A stretch of 64,000 nt of DNA, from contig CBDFJF010000002.1 of NCBI GenBank assembly GCA_965248265.1, positions 3,136,001-3,200,000 of the forward strand, read 5' to 3'. This document shows positions 32,690-42,514 of the stretch, piece by piece. The stretch's first letter is position 1; each line of letters begins with the position of its first letter. The stretch comes from Candidatus Latescibacterota bacterium. GTDB lineage: Bacteria; Latescibacterota; UBA2968; UBA8231. The notes below the pieces were generated by a model, which saw nothing but the letters and a program-made list of their open reading frames with translations, had not been told where the DNA came from and made no database searches. A program made the position numbers and the translations under genes.

Positions 32690-32873
32690 CCCGGAGCCGG
32701 CGCACGAATTCCGCCCATCCAGGGCGCAGGTGCCGTTGACAGGCCCTACTGCGCTTACCCGAGGATATTGCGTGGTGGTGCTAACGGGAGTATATTCAAG
32801 ATTTTACCTGAGAAATGACGCAAAACTGAGATCCAAGACTATCCGGATAACGGCGAACTACACACCTGACGAT

Positions 32874-33188
32874 ATGCCGACCTACGATTACGAGTGCCCG
32901 AAGTGCTCACACACCTTTGAGGCATTTCAAAGCATCACCGCGGAACCGCTTACGAAGTGCCCTCAAAAGGGGTGTCGAGGACGGATCAAGCGTCTGATTG
33001 GTACCGGCGGCGGGTTGTTGTTCAAGGGCTCTGGCTTCTACATCACTGACTACAGAAGCGACAGCTACAAGCAGGGTGAGAAGGCCGCAAAAAAGGATTC
33101 CAGCCCCAAGGTGGAGAGCAAAAGCGGGGAGGGAAAGGCCGAGTCGAAGTCTTCCCCCACAGAGAGCACTACCGGCAAGAGCAACTGA
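32874..33188 (+). CDS. FmdB family zinc-ribbon protein
   Basis: MPTYDYECPKC...CPQKGC...FKGSGFYITDY with Ser/Lys-rich tail. Confidence 0.92.
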   Translation: MPTYDYECPKCSHTFEAFQSITAEPLTKCPQKGCRGRIKRLIGTGGGLLFKGSGFYITDYRSDSYKQGEKAAKKDSSPKVESKSGEGKAESKSSPTESTTGKSN

Positions 33189-33203
33189 GCAAGGCAGTTT
33201 TAC

Positions 33204-33743
33204 GTGATGTCGTCGTTCTCAACGAGAATATTTCGAGGCCGCTTTCTCTTGAAGGGAGTCATGCTGCTTGCCGCGTTCGGTGTGGCGTCGGTGGCTTGTT
33301 CCTGTGACTCTGGCCCGCGGCGGTTGCTCGCCCAAGCCGACGGCCTTGCCAACACGGCGAATCCCGATTCTGCCGCGAAGGCGATCGATCTCTATACCTC
33401 GTTCATAACTCAGTACCCAGACCGCGAAGAGACTCCTCGTGCGCTCAGAACGCGAGCGCGACTGACGCAGCAGCTGGGAGACATGACCACGGCCCTAGCA
33501 ATGTATGAAGGGCTGCTCGACAAGTATCCTGAGTGTTCCTACGCCGCTGAGGCCCAGTTCATGGTCGGTTATATTTACGAAGAGCATGTGCGGGATCTGG
33601 ACCGAGCGCGGACGGCGTATCAAAGCGTGATTGACCATTATCCTGATTCTGAGCTGGCCCTGAGTGCCAGGCACCTGTTACCCCACGTTGGTCGAGCTGC
33701 TGAGGAATGGGTGGAGTTTCAGGAAGGGGTGACAACGCAATAA
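33204..33743 (+). CDS. TPR-repeat lipoprotein (BamD/CpoB-like)
   Basis: Hydrophobic signal ending VAC/SC; repeated YP.S...A.F..G TPR pattern. Confidence 0.8.
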   Translation: MMSSFSTRIFRGRFLLKGVMLLAAFGVASVACSCDSGPRRLLAQADGLANTANPDSAAKAIDLYTSFITQYPDREETPRALRTRARLTQQLGDMTTALAMYEGLLDKYPECSYAAEAQFMVGYIYEEHVRDLDRARTAYQSVIDHYPDSELALSARHLLPHVGRAAEEWVEFQEGVTTQ

Positions 33744-33981
33744 CCGAAGTGTAAATAATGTTTTCTTATCGTGCGTCTTCGCGACCCTCTCAAGTATCCG
33801 ATCACCACCCACCACCACTTAGTTTTCGCTCATCCTGGGTTCCCCCGGATTTTCGGCGGCCAGACGCCGCGGGAAATGTCGTCGAGTGGTTTCGGAAGGC
33901 GACGACCGCCGCGCAACCGCATTTTTCGGGATCCATCCGAATGGTATCTGCGTCGAATCTCTTACGCGCAATTCGAAGGCC

Positions 33982-34977
33982 ATGCAGACTAACACGGACA
34001 TCGAGGCGGTAACTCAAAAGATTCAGCAGGAGAGTTCCCGGATCGACCGAATTCTACAGGAAGTCGATCGGGTGATCGTGGGACAGCGCTACATGGTGGA
34101 GCGACTCATCATTGGCCTGCTGTGCAACGGACACATTCTGCTGGAAGGGGTCCCTGGGTTGGCGAAGACGCTGACCATCAGGACACTGACGCGCGCCGTG
34201 AAGGGCGCGTTCAGGCGATTGCAGTTCACACCGGATCTGCTGCCCGCCGATCTGACCGGCACCATGATTTACAATCAACGAACGGGTGAGTTCAACGCCA
34301 AGAAGGGCCCGATTTTTGCCAACATGATTCTCGCTGATGAGATCAATCGAGCTCCGGCCAAAGTGCAGAGCGCTCTATTGGAGGCCATGCAGGAGCGTCA
34401 AGTAACGATCGGTGACGACTCCTACCCACTCGAGGATCCCTTTCTGGTGATGGCGACCCAGAACCCGATAGAGCAGGAGGGGACTTACCCGCTTCCGGAG
34501 GCCCAGATCGACCGCTTCATGTTGAAGGTCAAGGTCGACTATCCAACCAGGGAGGAAGAGCGCCGCATCCTTGATCGCATGTTGGAAGAGCCGAATATCG
34601 AGGTCAGCCCGGTGATCACCCTCGACGACCTGCGCCAGCTGCGGGAGTCTGTGCGGCTGGTGTACACAGACGACAAGATCAAAGACTACATCGTCAATTT
34701 GATCCAGGCGACGAGGATTCCGGCCGATGCCGGTATGACGGATTTCGCCGAACTCATCGATTACGGGTCCTCACCGCGAGCCACCATATACCTGGCGCAG
34801 GCCGCGCGGGCCTACGCCTTTCTGCGTGGCCGCGGCTATGTCACGCCAGAAGACGTCAAGACCATGGCGCACGATGTCCTGCGGCATCGAATCGGTACGA
34901 GTTACGAGGCGGAAGCCGAAGAGATCGGTCCCGATGATCTGGTACAGCGGCTGCTGGACCATGTCGAGGTTCCGTAG
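33982..34977 (+). CDS. moxR: MoxR family AAA+ ATPase
   Basis: HILLEGVPGLAKT, QFTPDLLPAD, DEINRAPAKVQSALLEAM and QEGTYPLPEAQIDRF. Confidence 0.96.
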   Translation: MQTNTDIEAVTQKIQQESSRIDRILQEVDRVIVGQRYMVERLIIGLLCNGHILLEGVPGLAKTLTIRTLTRAVKGAFRRLQFTPDLLPADLTGTMIYNQRTGEFNAKKGPIFANMILADEINRAPAKVQSALLEAMQERQVTIGDDSYPLEDPFLVMATQNPIEQEGTYPLPEAQIDRFMLKVKVDYPTREEERRILDRMLEEPNIEVSPVITLDDLRQLRESVRLVYTDDKIKDYIVNLIQATRIPADAGMTDFAELIDYGSSPRATIYLAQAARAYAFLRGRGYVTPEDVKTMAHDVLRHRIGTSYEAEAEEIGPDDLVQRLLDHVEVP

Positions 34978-34993
34978 GGACGAGGACGGCGTA

Positions 34994-35878
34994 ATGATCC
35001 CGAAGGAAATCCTCAAGAAGGTCCATCTCATAGAGCTGCGCACGAGCAACATGGTAAACGCGCTGTTCGCGGGAGAATACCATTCGGTTTTCAAGGGACA
35101 GGGGATGGAATTCGCCGAAGTGCGCGAGTACCAGCATGGCGATGAAATCCGCAGCATCGATTGGAATGTTACGGCCCGGGTCGGGCGACCTTTCGTAAAA
35201 ATATTCGACGAAGAGCGCGAGCTCACCGTCATGCTCGTCGTCGATGCCAGCGCCTCGGGGTCGTTCGGCAGTCAGGCGCAGATGAAAGGAGAGATCGGCG
35301 TTGAGGTTTCGGCGGTGCTTGCTTTCGCCGCCATCAAGAACAACGATCGAGTAGGGTTGTTGATATTCACCGACGAGGTCGAGGTCTTCGTGCCGCCCAA
35401 GAAAGGCCGTCGCCACGTCCTTCGTGTTATCCGCGAATTGCTCTACTTCAAACCGCGTGGACGCAGGACCTCCATCGCCACCGCCCTCGAATACCTGGAC
35501 CGCGTCGTCCATCGGCGCAGTGTCGTTTTTGTACTGTCCGATTTTTTCGACACGGAGTACCAACAGGCTTTGCAGCGTCTGGCCCGCCGGCACGATCTGA
35601 TCGCCATACGGTTGTCGGATCCACGCGAGCGACAATTGCCGCCGGTTGGCCTTGTTGAGCTACACGATGCCGAGACAGGTGAGCACCTACTCGTCGACTC
35701 CGGCAGCTCGCTGGTGAGGGAGGCTTATGCGCTTGGTGAGCGTGAGGCTTCACAAGTGCGCAGTCGAATGTTCAGAAAACTTGGCATCGACGAAATTCGG
35801 TTGGATACAACGGGGTCATACGTGGAACCCCTGGTTCGCTTCTTTCAGACCCGCATGAGGCGGGCGGCCTACGCATGA
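34994..35878 (+). CDS. DUF58 (MoxR-associated vWA-like) protein
   Basis: GMEFAEVREYQHGDEIRSIDWNVTAR, EEREL and SDF motifs. Confidence 0.93.
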   Translation: MIPKEILKKVHLIELRTSNMVNALFAGEYHSVFKGQGMEFAEVREYQHGDEIRSIDWNVTARVGRPFVKIFDEERELTVMLVVDASASGSFGSQAQMKGEIGVEVSAVLAFAAIKNNDRVGLLIFTDEVEVFVPPKKGRRHVLRVIRELLYFKPRGRRTSIATALEYLDRVVHRRSVVFVLSDFFDTEYQQALQRLARRHDLIAIRLSDPRERQLPPVGLVELHDAETGEHLLVDSGSSLVREAYALGEREASQVRSRMFRKLGIDEIRLDTTGSYVEPLVRFFQTRMRRAAYA

Positions 35879-35937
35879 CAGGATCTGCAGGATCAGTAAC
35901 CAGGATCTATAAACAGGATCCGTAAACGGGAGGTAGA

Positions 35938-36873
35938 TTGGTGATTGAGGTTAGGGAGCTTTCCAAACACTATGGCGACGTCGCCGCCGTTCAGGGTATC
36001 AGCTTTGATGCGGTCAAGGGGGAGATCCTCGGTTTTTTGGGACCGAACGGTGCCGGGAAGACGACGACGATGAGGATCATCACGGGATTTCTCCCCCCGA
36101 CCGCGGGCACGGTTACCGTCGCCGGGTTTGATGTGGTTGAGGAATCGATGGAGGTACGACGACGCATCGGGTATCTGCCGGAACTGCCACCCCTGTACCC
36201 GGACATGACCGTGGACAGCTACCTCCGCTTTGTGGCCAAGATCAAGGCGGTCCCATCCGCACGAATTCAAGACCGGCTCGAAGAGACGATGGAGCGCACG
36301 GCGATCACCCACGTGCGTCATACTGTTATCGGTCATCTGTCCAAGGGATATCGTCAGCGCGTCGGCCTCGCGCAGGCCCTGGTCCACGATCCGGATGTGC
36401 TGATTCTGGACGAGCCGACGGCCGGCCTCGACCCGAAGCAGATCATCGAGATCAGAGAGTTGATCACGGGCCTTGGTGGGGATCGCACGGTGATCCTGAG
36501 TACGCACATCCTGCCAGAGGTCAGCATGACCTGTGAAAAGGTCGTCATCATCAACAATGGACGGATCGTCGGATCGGGGACTCCTCAGAGTTTGACTGCC
36601 CAACTGGGTGAAGGGGAGATCTTGCGAGCGCAAATCGTCGGCCCGCAGGAGGAGGTCAAACAGCTGGTCTCCAGCGTCAGCGGAGTCGTCGATGTGCAGA
36701 CGGAAGGTGAACACGCTTTCCTGGTGACGACGGCTCCAGGAAGCGATGTGCGCGATCAGCTGGCGAGTGCGGTCGTCGGGGCGGGGCATGGGCTGAAGGA
36801 ACTGCGCTCCCAGGAAGTAAGCCTGGAGGACATCTTTTTGAAGTTGACGACTGAAGAAGGAGTGGGTAGCTGA
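35938..36873 (+). CDS. ABC transporter ATP-binding protein (GldA-like)
   Basis: GPNGAGKTT, LSKGYRQRVGLAQAL, ILDEPT and STH motifs. Confidence 0.95.
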   Translation: MVIEVRELSKHYGDVAAVQGISFDAVKGEILGFLGPNGAGKTTTMRIITGFLPPTAGTVTVAGFDVVEESMEVRRRIGYLPELPPLYPDMTVDSYLRFVAKIKAVPSARIQDRLEETMERTAITHVRHTVIGHLSKGYRQRVGLAQALVHDPDVLILDEPTAGLDPKQIIEIRELITGLGGDRTVILSTHILPEVSMTCEKVVIINNGRIVGSGTPQSLTAQLGEGEILRAQIVGPQEEVKQLVSSVSGVVDVQTEGEHAFLVTTAPGSDVRDQLASAVVGAGHGLKELRSQEVSLEDIFLKLTTEEGVGS

Positions 36874-37656
36874 ATGCGAAACTTTCTGGCTCTTTACAAT
36901 AAAGAAATGCGGTCCTACTTCGTATCGCCCATCGCCTACGTGGTGGCCGGCCTGTTCCTGTTGATATCGGGATTTCTGTTCCGCAACATTCTGATGCAGT
37001 TCAATCTACTGTCCCTGCAATTGGGTCAGCGTGCGCAATACATGGGTGGTCAGATGCCGGCTCTGAATCTCAACGAGATGGTCGTAACCCAGTTTTTCGC
37101 GGTCATGTACTTCATCTGGCTGCTGTTGATGCCATTCCTGACGATGCGACTCTTTGCTGAAGAAAAGCGCAGTGGGACCATCGAGTTGCTGATGACGTCA
37201 CCGATCTCGACCATCCAACTCGTGCTGGGGAAGTTTTTCGCCTGCTTCAGCCTGTACACCTTGATCGTGGCGTTGACCCTGGTGTTCCTGTTGATCCTCG
37301 ACGCCTACGGAGATCCCGATTGGGGCCCGATCTGGTCTGCCTACCTGGGATACCTGCTGTTGGGCGGGACCTTCGTCGGCGTTGGCTTGCTGGCTTCCAC
37401 GTTGACCGAAAACCAGATCGTGGCTGGGGTCATCGCTTTCGTTGCCCTGCTCACGCTGTGGCTGATAGACTGGTCGGCAAGCTTCGCCGGGCCGACCGCA
37501 GCCAAGATCTTCCAATACCTGTCCATCATCGCGCACCTCAAGGATTTCCACAGAGGTGTCATCGATACCAGCGATGTCGTCTTCTACTTGAGTCTCACGT
37601 TTTTCTGTCTGTTCCTGACCGCACTGTCGATCAACTCGCGAAGGTGGAGAAGGTGA
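36874..37656 (+). CDS. ABC-2 permease (GldF-like)
   Basis: KEMRSYFVSPIAY, TMRLFAEEKRSGTIELL, GKF and TENQIVA; about 6 TM segments. Confidence 0.92.
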   Translation: MRNFLALYNKEMRSYFVSPIAYVVAGLFLLISGFLFRNILMQFNLLSLQLGQRAQYMGGQMPALNLNEMVVTQFFAVMYFIWLLLMPFLTMRLFAEEKRSGTIELLMTSPISTIQLVLGKFFACFSLYTLIVALTLVFLLILDAYGDPDWGPIWSAYLGYLLLGGTFVGVGLLASTLTENQIVAGVIAFVALLTLWLIDWSASFAGPTAAKIFQYLSIIAHLKDFHRGVIDTSDVVFYLSLTFFCLFLTALSINSRRWRR

Positions 37657-37657
37657 G

Positions 37658-40600
37658 ATGAAGCGACATGCTGGAGCGATAAGCCTCCTCGGTGGATTCA
37701 TCCTGGTGGCCGGACTGCTGACGCTGGCGCTGGATTTTGTCCTCGATCGTGAGACTACCTGGATCCCGTTGGCGACCCTGGGTTGCGGCGCCGTGTTGGC
37801 TGCGATCTCAGGTGCACTCGAGCCCGGGCTGTTCCGCCACTACGGACGGTGGATCAACGCCTCACTCGGTGGCATCATGGTATTCCTCATCGTCGCCATG
37901 GTGAATTTCCTCAGTAATCGATATCACGATCGGATCGACTTGACGGAAGGACGGTTGCACAGTCTCGCCGATTTAACGGTGGAGACGCTGCAAGGGTTGG
38001 ATCGGGAGGTGCGGGCGCTTGGTTTCATGGAAGGCGGGGTGCACGAGGATCTCGAGATTCTACTCGAAGGCTATGCCTCACATAGTCCCAAGTTCAGCTT
38101 CGAGTTGATCGACCCTGACAAGGAACCTCAACGCACGGCCGACTACGGTGTACGCAGTTATGACGTCTTGCTCATCGAGGAAGAGAGTACCGGTGAGGTA
38201 CAGAATGTTAGTGAACGGACGGAGAAGGAGATCACGAACGCGCTATTGAAGGTTTTGCGCGAGGACACCCAGCAAATTTATTTGACGGTAGGGCATGGGG
38301 AAAGTGGGATGCAGGCAGGGGCCAAGTCTTATAGCCGTTTGATGGGCAGAATGAAGGAGATCTCGTTCGCCGTCGAGGATTCTCTGTTCCTCGCGCGCGC
38401 TGGAGAGGTACCGGAGGACTGCGCCGTCCTGGTGGTGGCCGGCCCCCGTTTCGCGTTCCTGGAAACCGAGGTCCAGGCGATCGAGCGCTATCTCCAAAGA
38501 GGCGGTGCCGCGCTGATCCTGCTCGATCCCGCCCATGAAGTCGGCTTGGGAACCCTGCTGGCGAGGTGGGGAATCGTAGTCGGTGATGATTTCGTCATCG
38601 ACACCAGCGGTGTCGGTAGCTTGTTCGGATTGGATTTCACCACGCCGGTAGCTGTGCAATATGACTCCGAACACCCGATCGTTCGCAAGCACCGGGGTGG
38701 CCTGATGACGCTGTTTGAATTAGCTCGCTCAGTCCGTTTCGAGTCGGATCGCGCTGCCGATTCTGGATTGACTGGGACCCCACTGGTGCTGACCAGTGAG
38801 CAGAGTTGGGCTGAGGCGGATGTCAGTGTGTTGTCTGCCGGACAAGGCAAGCGCGCGATCTCCCTGAATGAGGACGTCGATCGTGTTGGGCCAGTGGCAC
38901 TCGGCGTAGCCGTCCAGGCCGAGGGTGAATCTGGCGGCAGACTCGTCGTTTTTGGCGATTCCGATTTTGCCGCCGACAGTTACTTCGACGTTCAGGGCAA
39001 TGGCGATTTGGCGTTGAATGCCTTGAGTTGGTTGGCCGCCGACGAATCCCTGATTTCCATTCGACCGAAGGAGGCCGGGCACACTCCGATCGCGTTGACG
39101 GAAAGTGACTCCGGCACGATAAGCTGGCTGCTGGCTCTGTATCCGCTGGCCATCTTCGTCGCCGGCATGATCATTATCGGACGCGCCCGCGCAGTTAGTC
39201 CGTGGTTGTATTTCGGAATGTTTCTCAAAGCCCTCGTGCGCCGGATGTTCGCGCGAATGTACGTCGTTGTTCTGGTGTTTCTGGCCGCCCTGGGCACTGG
39301 GTTGCTGGATCGTCACGGGCTGAGGTTCGATCTCACCGAGGACAAGCTCTATACCCTCTCAGCCGACACCGAAAAGCTGCTGTCACGGGTGGATGCTGAA
39401 AACCGCTTCGTGACCGTCAAGACTTTCATGAGCATGGAAGAGGGATTGCGTTTTCAGGATACCATGGAAGAGTACAGCTATCTGTCGTCGAATTTCGACT
39501 ACGAGATCGTCGATCCTCAGAAGAACCGGCTGGAGGTCGAGCAGCTTGGCATTCGCCAACGCGGCACCTCCATAGTCGAGGTCCTGGCGGATGGCAAGGT
39601 CACGACAGAGCGCTTCGAGGAGCAGACGGAGGAGGCTCTCAGCAACGCCATTCAGAGCGCCCTGAGGGCTGACGAACGACGCATCGCCTCGATCGGTGGG
39701 CATGGCGAGGGACAACTGACCCTCGTCGACGGTCGGGGATACAGCATACTGAACGGCCGCCTCAAGGAGTTGAATTTTCAAATCGAAGAGGCGGTGGATC
39801 TGAGCCGGGACGAGCTGCGACGTGGACAGATTCTGTTGGCGTTGGCTCCTAAGCAGCCGTTCACCAGCAGCGAGGTCGATGTCCTGAGGGTACATCTCAA
39901 GCGAGGTGGTGACGCCCTGTTATTGCTGGATCCGGGTCCGCCAACGGGTCTCGAAGCACTCTTGCAGGAGTACTCCGTCGACCTCGGCCAGAACTTCATC
40001 GTCGATTTGAGTCCAGTTGGGCAACTGTTCGGCGCCGATGTTTCCATGCCCGTGGTGTTGCGTTACGGAGCGCATCCAATCACAGAGACGCTCACGGGGG
40101 GGACGATGAGTTTTTATCCGTTCGCGCGCTCGGTCGCCAAGGGGCTCAACCAACCCCCCGGCACGAAGGTCGATGAACTCGTACTCACCGATCAAAGTAG
40201 TTGGGGAGAGTCCGATCTGTCGCTGATTCTGGGTCAAGGTGGTAAGGTCGAATTCGATGAGATCGACGATCTCTCCGGGCCGCTATCGCTGGCCGTCGCC
40301 GTGCACGCTGACGCCGACACTGCGTCTGGTGGGGGAAGTGGCGACAAGGCGCGTCTGGTCGTTTTCGGTGACAGTGACTTCGCCACCAACGACTACTTCG
40401 GACAACATGCCAACGGAGCGCTGGTCATCAACAGCTTGAAGTGGCTCGTGGAGGGCGAAAACAAACTGACCATTCCTGTGAAAACTCCGCGCTCGAATCC
40501 AATCAATCTCATCGGCCACGAGGGAGACACCATTCTGTGGTTGTCGGTGTTTGTTCTGCCGCTGGCCGTCGCGCTCTGCGGTATGGTCGTGGTGTTGCGG

Positions 40601-40984
40601 AGGGGAGCAGCGGGTTACCTCGAGGGGTTCGTGACGTGGCAGATGTTCTGTTTCTACGCTGCCGGAGCGCTCTACCTGGGCATCCACCTGGTGGAATCAG
40701 GCACGGCGGAACCCGCGGTCACGCTCGGTTACCTGTTGGCTTCTATCGGCAACTTCGCCGTTGCCCGCAGTGTCAGAGAGGCGACTGGCCGTCATCGCAT
40801 CACCTGGGTCTCAGCTCTTGTCATCTGCTTGGCCAACGTGGGGTTGGCGTTTTCGGTCCTGCCGTTGCTGTGGCAGCAGGTCGTCTACGCCGCCATTTTC
40901 GCGGCCAACACCGCGATGTTGGTGTGGATGCACAGAGATTTTCTAGCGGGCGAAACTTCCGACGGTTTGGAAGTGAGTTCGTAG
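37658..40984 (+). CDS. GldG-like ABC auxiliary protein with two tandem GldG modules
   Basis: Two copies of DLT..(H/Y)(S/T)L...DP...GHGE...LLDP...RLVVFGDSDFA...NG.L..N.L.WL separated by TM segments. Confidence 0.88.
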   Translation: MKRHAGAISLLGGFILVAGLLTLALDFVLDRETTWIPLATLGCGAVLAAISGALEPGLFRHYGRWINASLGGIMVFLIVAMVNFLSNRYHDRIDLTEGRLHSLADLTVETLQGLDREVRALGFMEGGVHEDLEILLEGYASHSPKFSFELIDPDKEPQRTADYGVRSYDVLLIEEESTGEVQNVSERTEKEITNALLKVLREDTQQIYLTVGHGESGMQAGAKSYSRLMGRMKEISFAVEDSLFLARAGEVPEDCAVLVVAGPRFAFLETEVQAIERYLQRGGAALILLDPAHEVGLGTLLARWGIVVGDDFVIDTSGVGSLFGLDFTTPVAVQYDSEHPIVRKHRGGLMTLFELARSVRFESDRAADSGLTGTPLVLTSEQSWAEADVSVLSAGQGKRAISLNEDVDRVGPVALGVAVQAEGESGGRLVVFGDSDFAADSYFDVQGNGDLALNALSWLAADESLISIRPKEAGHTPIALTESDSGTISWLLALYPLAIFVAGMIIIGRARAVSPWLYFGMFLKALVRRMFARMYVVVLVFLAALGTGLLDRHGLRFDLTEDKLYTLSADTEKLLSRVDAENRFVTVKTFMSMEEGLRFQDTMEEYSYLSSNFDYEIVDPQKNRLEVEQLGIRQRGTSIVEVLADGKVTTERFEEQTEEALSNAIQSALRADERRIASIGGHGEGQLTLVDGRGYSILNGRLKELNFQIEEAVDLSRDELRRGQILLALAPKQPFTSSEVDVLRVHLKRGGDALLLLDPGPPTGLEALLQEYSVDLGQNFIVDLSPVGQLFGADVSMPVVLRYGAHPITETLTGGTMSFYPFARSVAKGLNQPPGTKVDELVLTDQSSWGESDLSLILGQGGKVEFDEIDDLSGPLSLAVAVHADADTASGGGSGDKARLVVFGDSDFATNDYFGQHANGALVINSLKWLVEGENKLTIPVKTPRSNPINLIGHEGDTILWLSVFVLPLAVALCGMVVVLRRGAAGYLEGFVTWQMFCFYAAGALYLGIHLVESGTAEPAVTLGYLLASIGNFAVARSVREATGRHRITWVSALVICLANVGLAFSVLPLLWQQVVYAAIFAANTAMLVWMHRDFLAGETSDGLEVSS

Positions 40985-41006
40985 TACTTGGAGAGGAAAG
41001 CAACCC

Positions 41007-42494
41007 ATGCGTCTCAAGACCAACCTGGTCATCGGCGTTCTGTTCGCGGCGTTGGCGGCCTATGTGTACCTGCATGAAATAAAGGGCGAGGAGGATCGCC
41101 GAGCCGAGGCAGAGCGTTCGAGTAAGCTGCTTGAGTTCTCTGATCATGAGGTTCAGCGCATCACCATCCAGCGTGAGGATGGTGATGACACCACCATCGA
41201 GCGGCGACTCGACGAGTGGTGGATCGTACAGCCGGTAGAAACCCTGGCGGACGAGGAAGCCATTGAGCGTTATCTGGGCAACATCGGTGAAACCACCACC
41301 GAACGCGTGATCGAAGACAGCAGTGCCCTTGCCGGCAGCGAGTCTGGCGAAATGGAGAGTCGCTATGGCCTGGCCGAACCCAGGCTGAGCCTGTATATGG
41401 AGTTGTCGGAGGGTTATCTGGACACGATTCGTTTTGGTGCTGACAGTCCGACCGAGCGCTTCGCCTATGCACAGAAGCGCGGGGCTAACCGTCAGGTGTT
41501 CACTGTACGTGCCTGGCGTTTCGACAATCTCGACAAGGGCCTTTTCGACTTGAGGGACAAGCGGCTGCTCGGTTTCGACAAGGAGGCGGTTCGCGAGATC
41601 AGCCTGAATCACTATGAGTTCGACAGCGGAGACGGCATTCAGCTGGTGAGAGCGCCCGAAGGCAGCGGTTGGCAGATCAAGTCGCCGGTGCGGGCTGACG
41701 CCGATAAGAGTGAGGTGGACGGCATCCTGAACAAGCTGTTCAATTCCACTGCCGAGTCGTTCGAAATGGAGACCCCTGCACAGGCCGATCTGGTGGAGGC
41801 CGGCCTGGCGCCGCGTCCGTTCCGAGAGGTGATCCTGACCGTGGGTGAGGACCGCGCCGTGAAGACCCTCCACATCGGCAACCCGTCGGGGAAGAAGGGT
41901 CATTTCCTGGCCAGAGACGTTGGTAGGAATCCTGTGTTCCTGATCGATTCCACCGTCGTCAGCACGGTGAGCAAATCTATGTTCACCCTGCGCGACAAGA
42001 GTCTGTTGTCCCTCGATGATGAGGATCGGATTCAACGCCTGGAATTGCACCGGGCCCCGGAGGGCCAGATTTTTGCTGCCGAGCGTGACAGCGTCGGCAG
42101 CTGGGTGGTGGTGGCCCCCGAGCGGCGGACGGCCAAGTCCTGGAAGATCAACGGCATCCTGACCGACATGCAGGAAGTCCAGATGAAGGAATTCGTCACC
42201 GACGTGGTCCCGGATGAGGCGCTCGATCTGGCGTCGTTCGGTCTGGATGCCCCTCAGGCTCGCCTGCGCCTGGACATTGACGACGGCACCGTGCTGGAGT
42301 TGCTGTTCGGTGCCCAGGCCGAAGACGGAGTCTACGCCACCGTCGCAGGTTCGGATGGTGGGGTGTCGAAGATTGACGCTGAGGTGTTGAAGACCCTCCA
42401 GGTGGCGTTGGACGAGATAGCTCAGCCACCGGCCCCCGAGCCGGTGACAGCCGATTCGGCAGGGTCTGGCGTCGATCCAACCGGTTCTCAATAG
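41007..42494 (+). CDS. DUF4340-like repeat protein
   Basis: N-terminal TM; repeated W.I..P....AD, (Y/F)GL..P and LRDK.LL motifs; typical neighbour of GldG. Confidence 0.85.
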   Translation: MRLKTNLVIGVLFAALAAYVYLHEIKGEEDRRAEAERSSKLLEFSDHEVQRITIQREDGDDTTIERRLDEWWIVQPVETLADEEAIERYLGNIGETTTERVIEDSSALAGSESGEMESRYGLAEPRLSLYMELSEGYLDTIRFGADSPTERFAYAQKRGANRQVFTVRAWRFDNLDKGLFDLRDKRLLGFDKEAVREISLNHYEFDSGDGIQLVRAPEGSGWQIKSPVRADADKSEVDGILNKLFNSTAESFEMETPAQADLVEAGLAPRPFREVILTVGEDRAVKTLHIGNPSGKKGHFLARDVGRNPVFLIDSTVVSTVSKSMFTLRDKSLLSLDDEDRIQRLELHRAPEGQIFAAERDSVGSWVVVAPERRTAKSWKINGILTDMQEVQMKEFVTDVVPDEALDLASFGLDAPQARLRLDIDDGTVLELLFGAQAEDGVYATVAGSDGGVSKIDAEVLKTLQVALDEIAQPPAPEPVTADSAGSGVDPTGSQ

Positions 42495-42514
42495 CGCTCC
42501 AGCCACCGTCGTAT

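Noticed and set aside
40821-42506. 561-aa minus-strand ORF and other long antisense ORFs (e.g. 46192-47205, 35893-36789, 62457-63965 versus its plus-strand ORFs)
   Set aside because: These are shadow ORFs opposite well-supported genes in high-GC DNA, with no recognisable motifs. For the last locus the minus-strand frame is the real gene.
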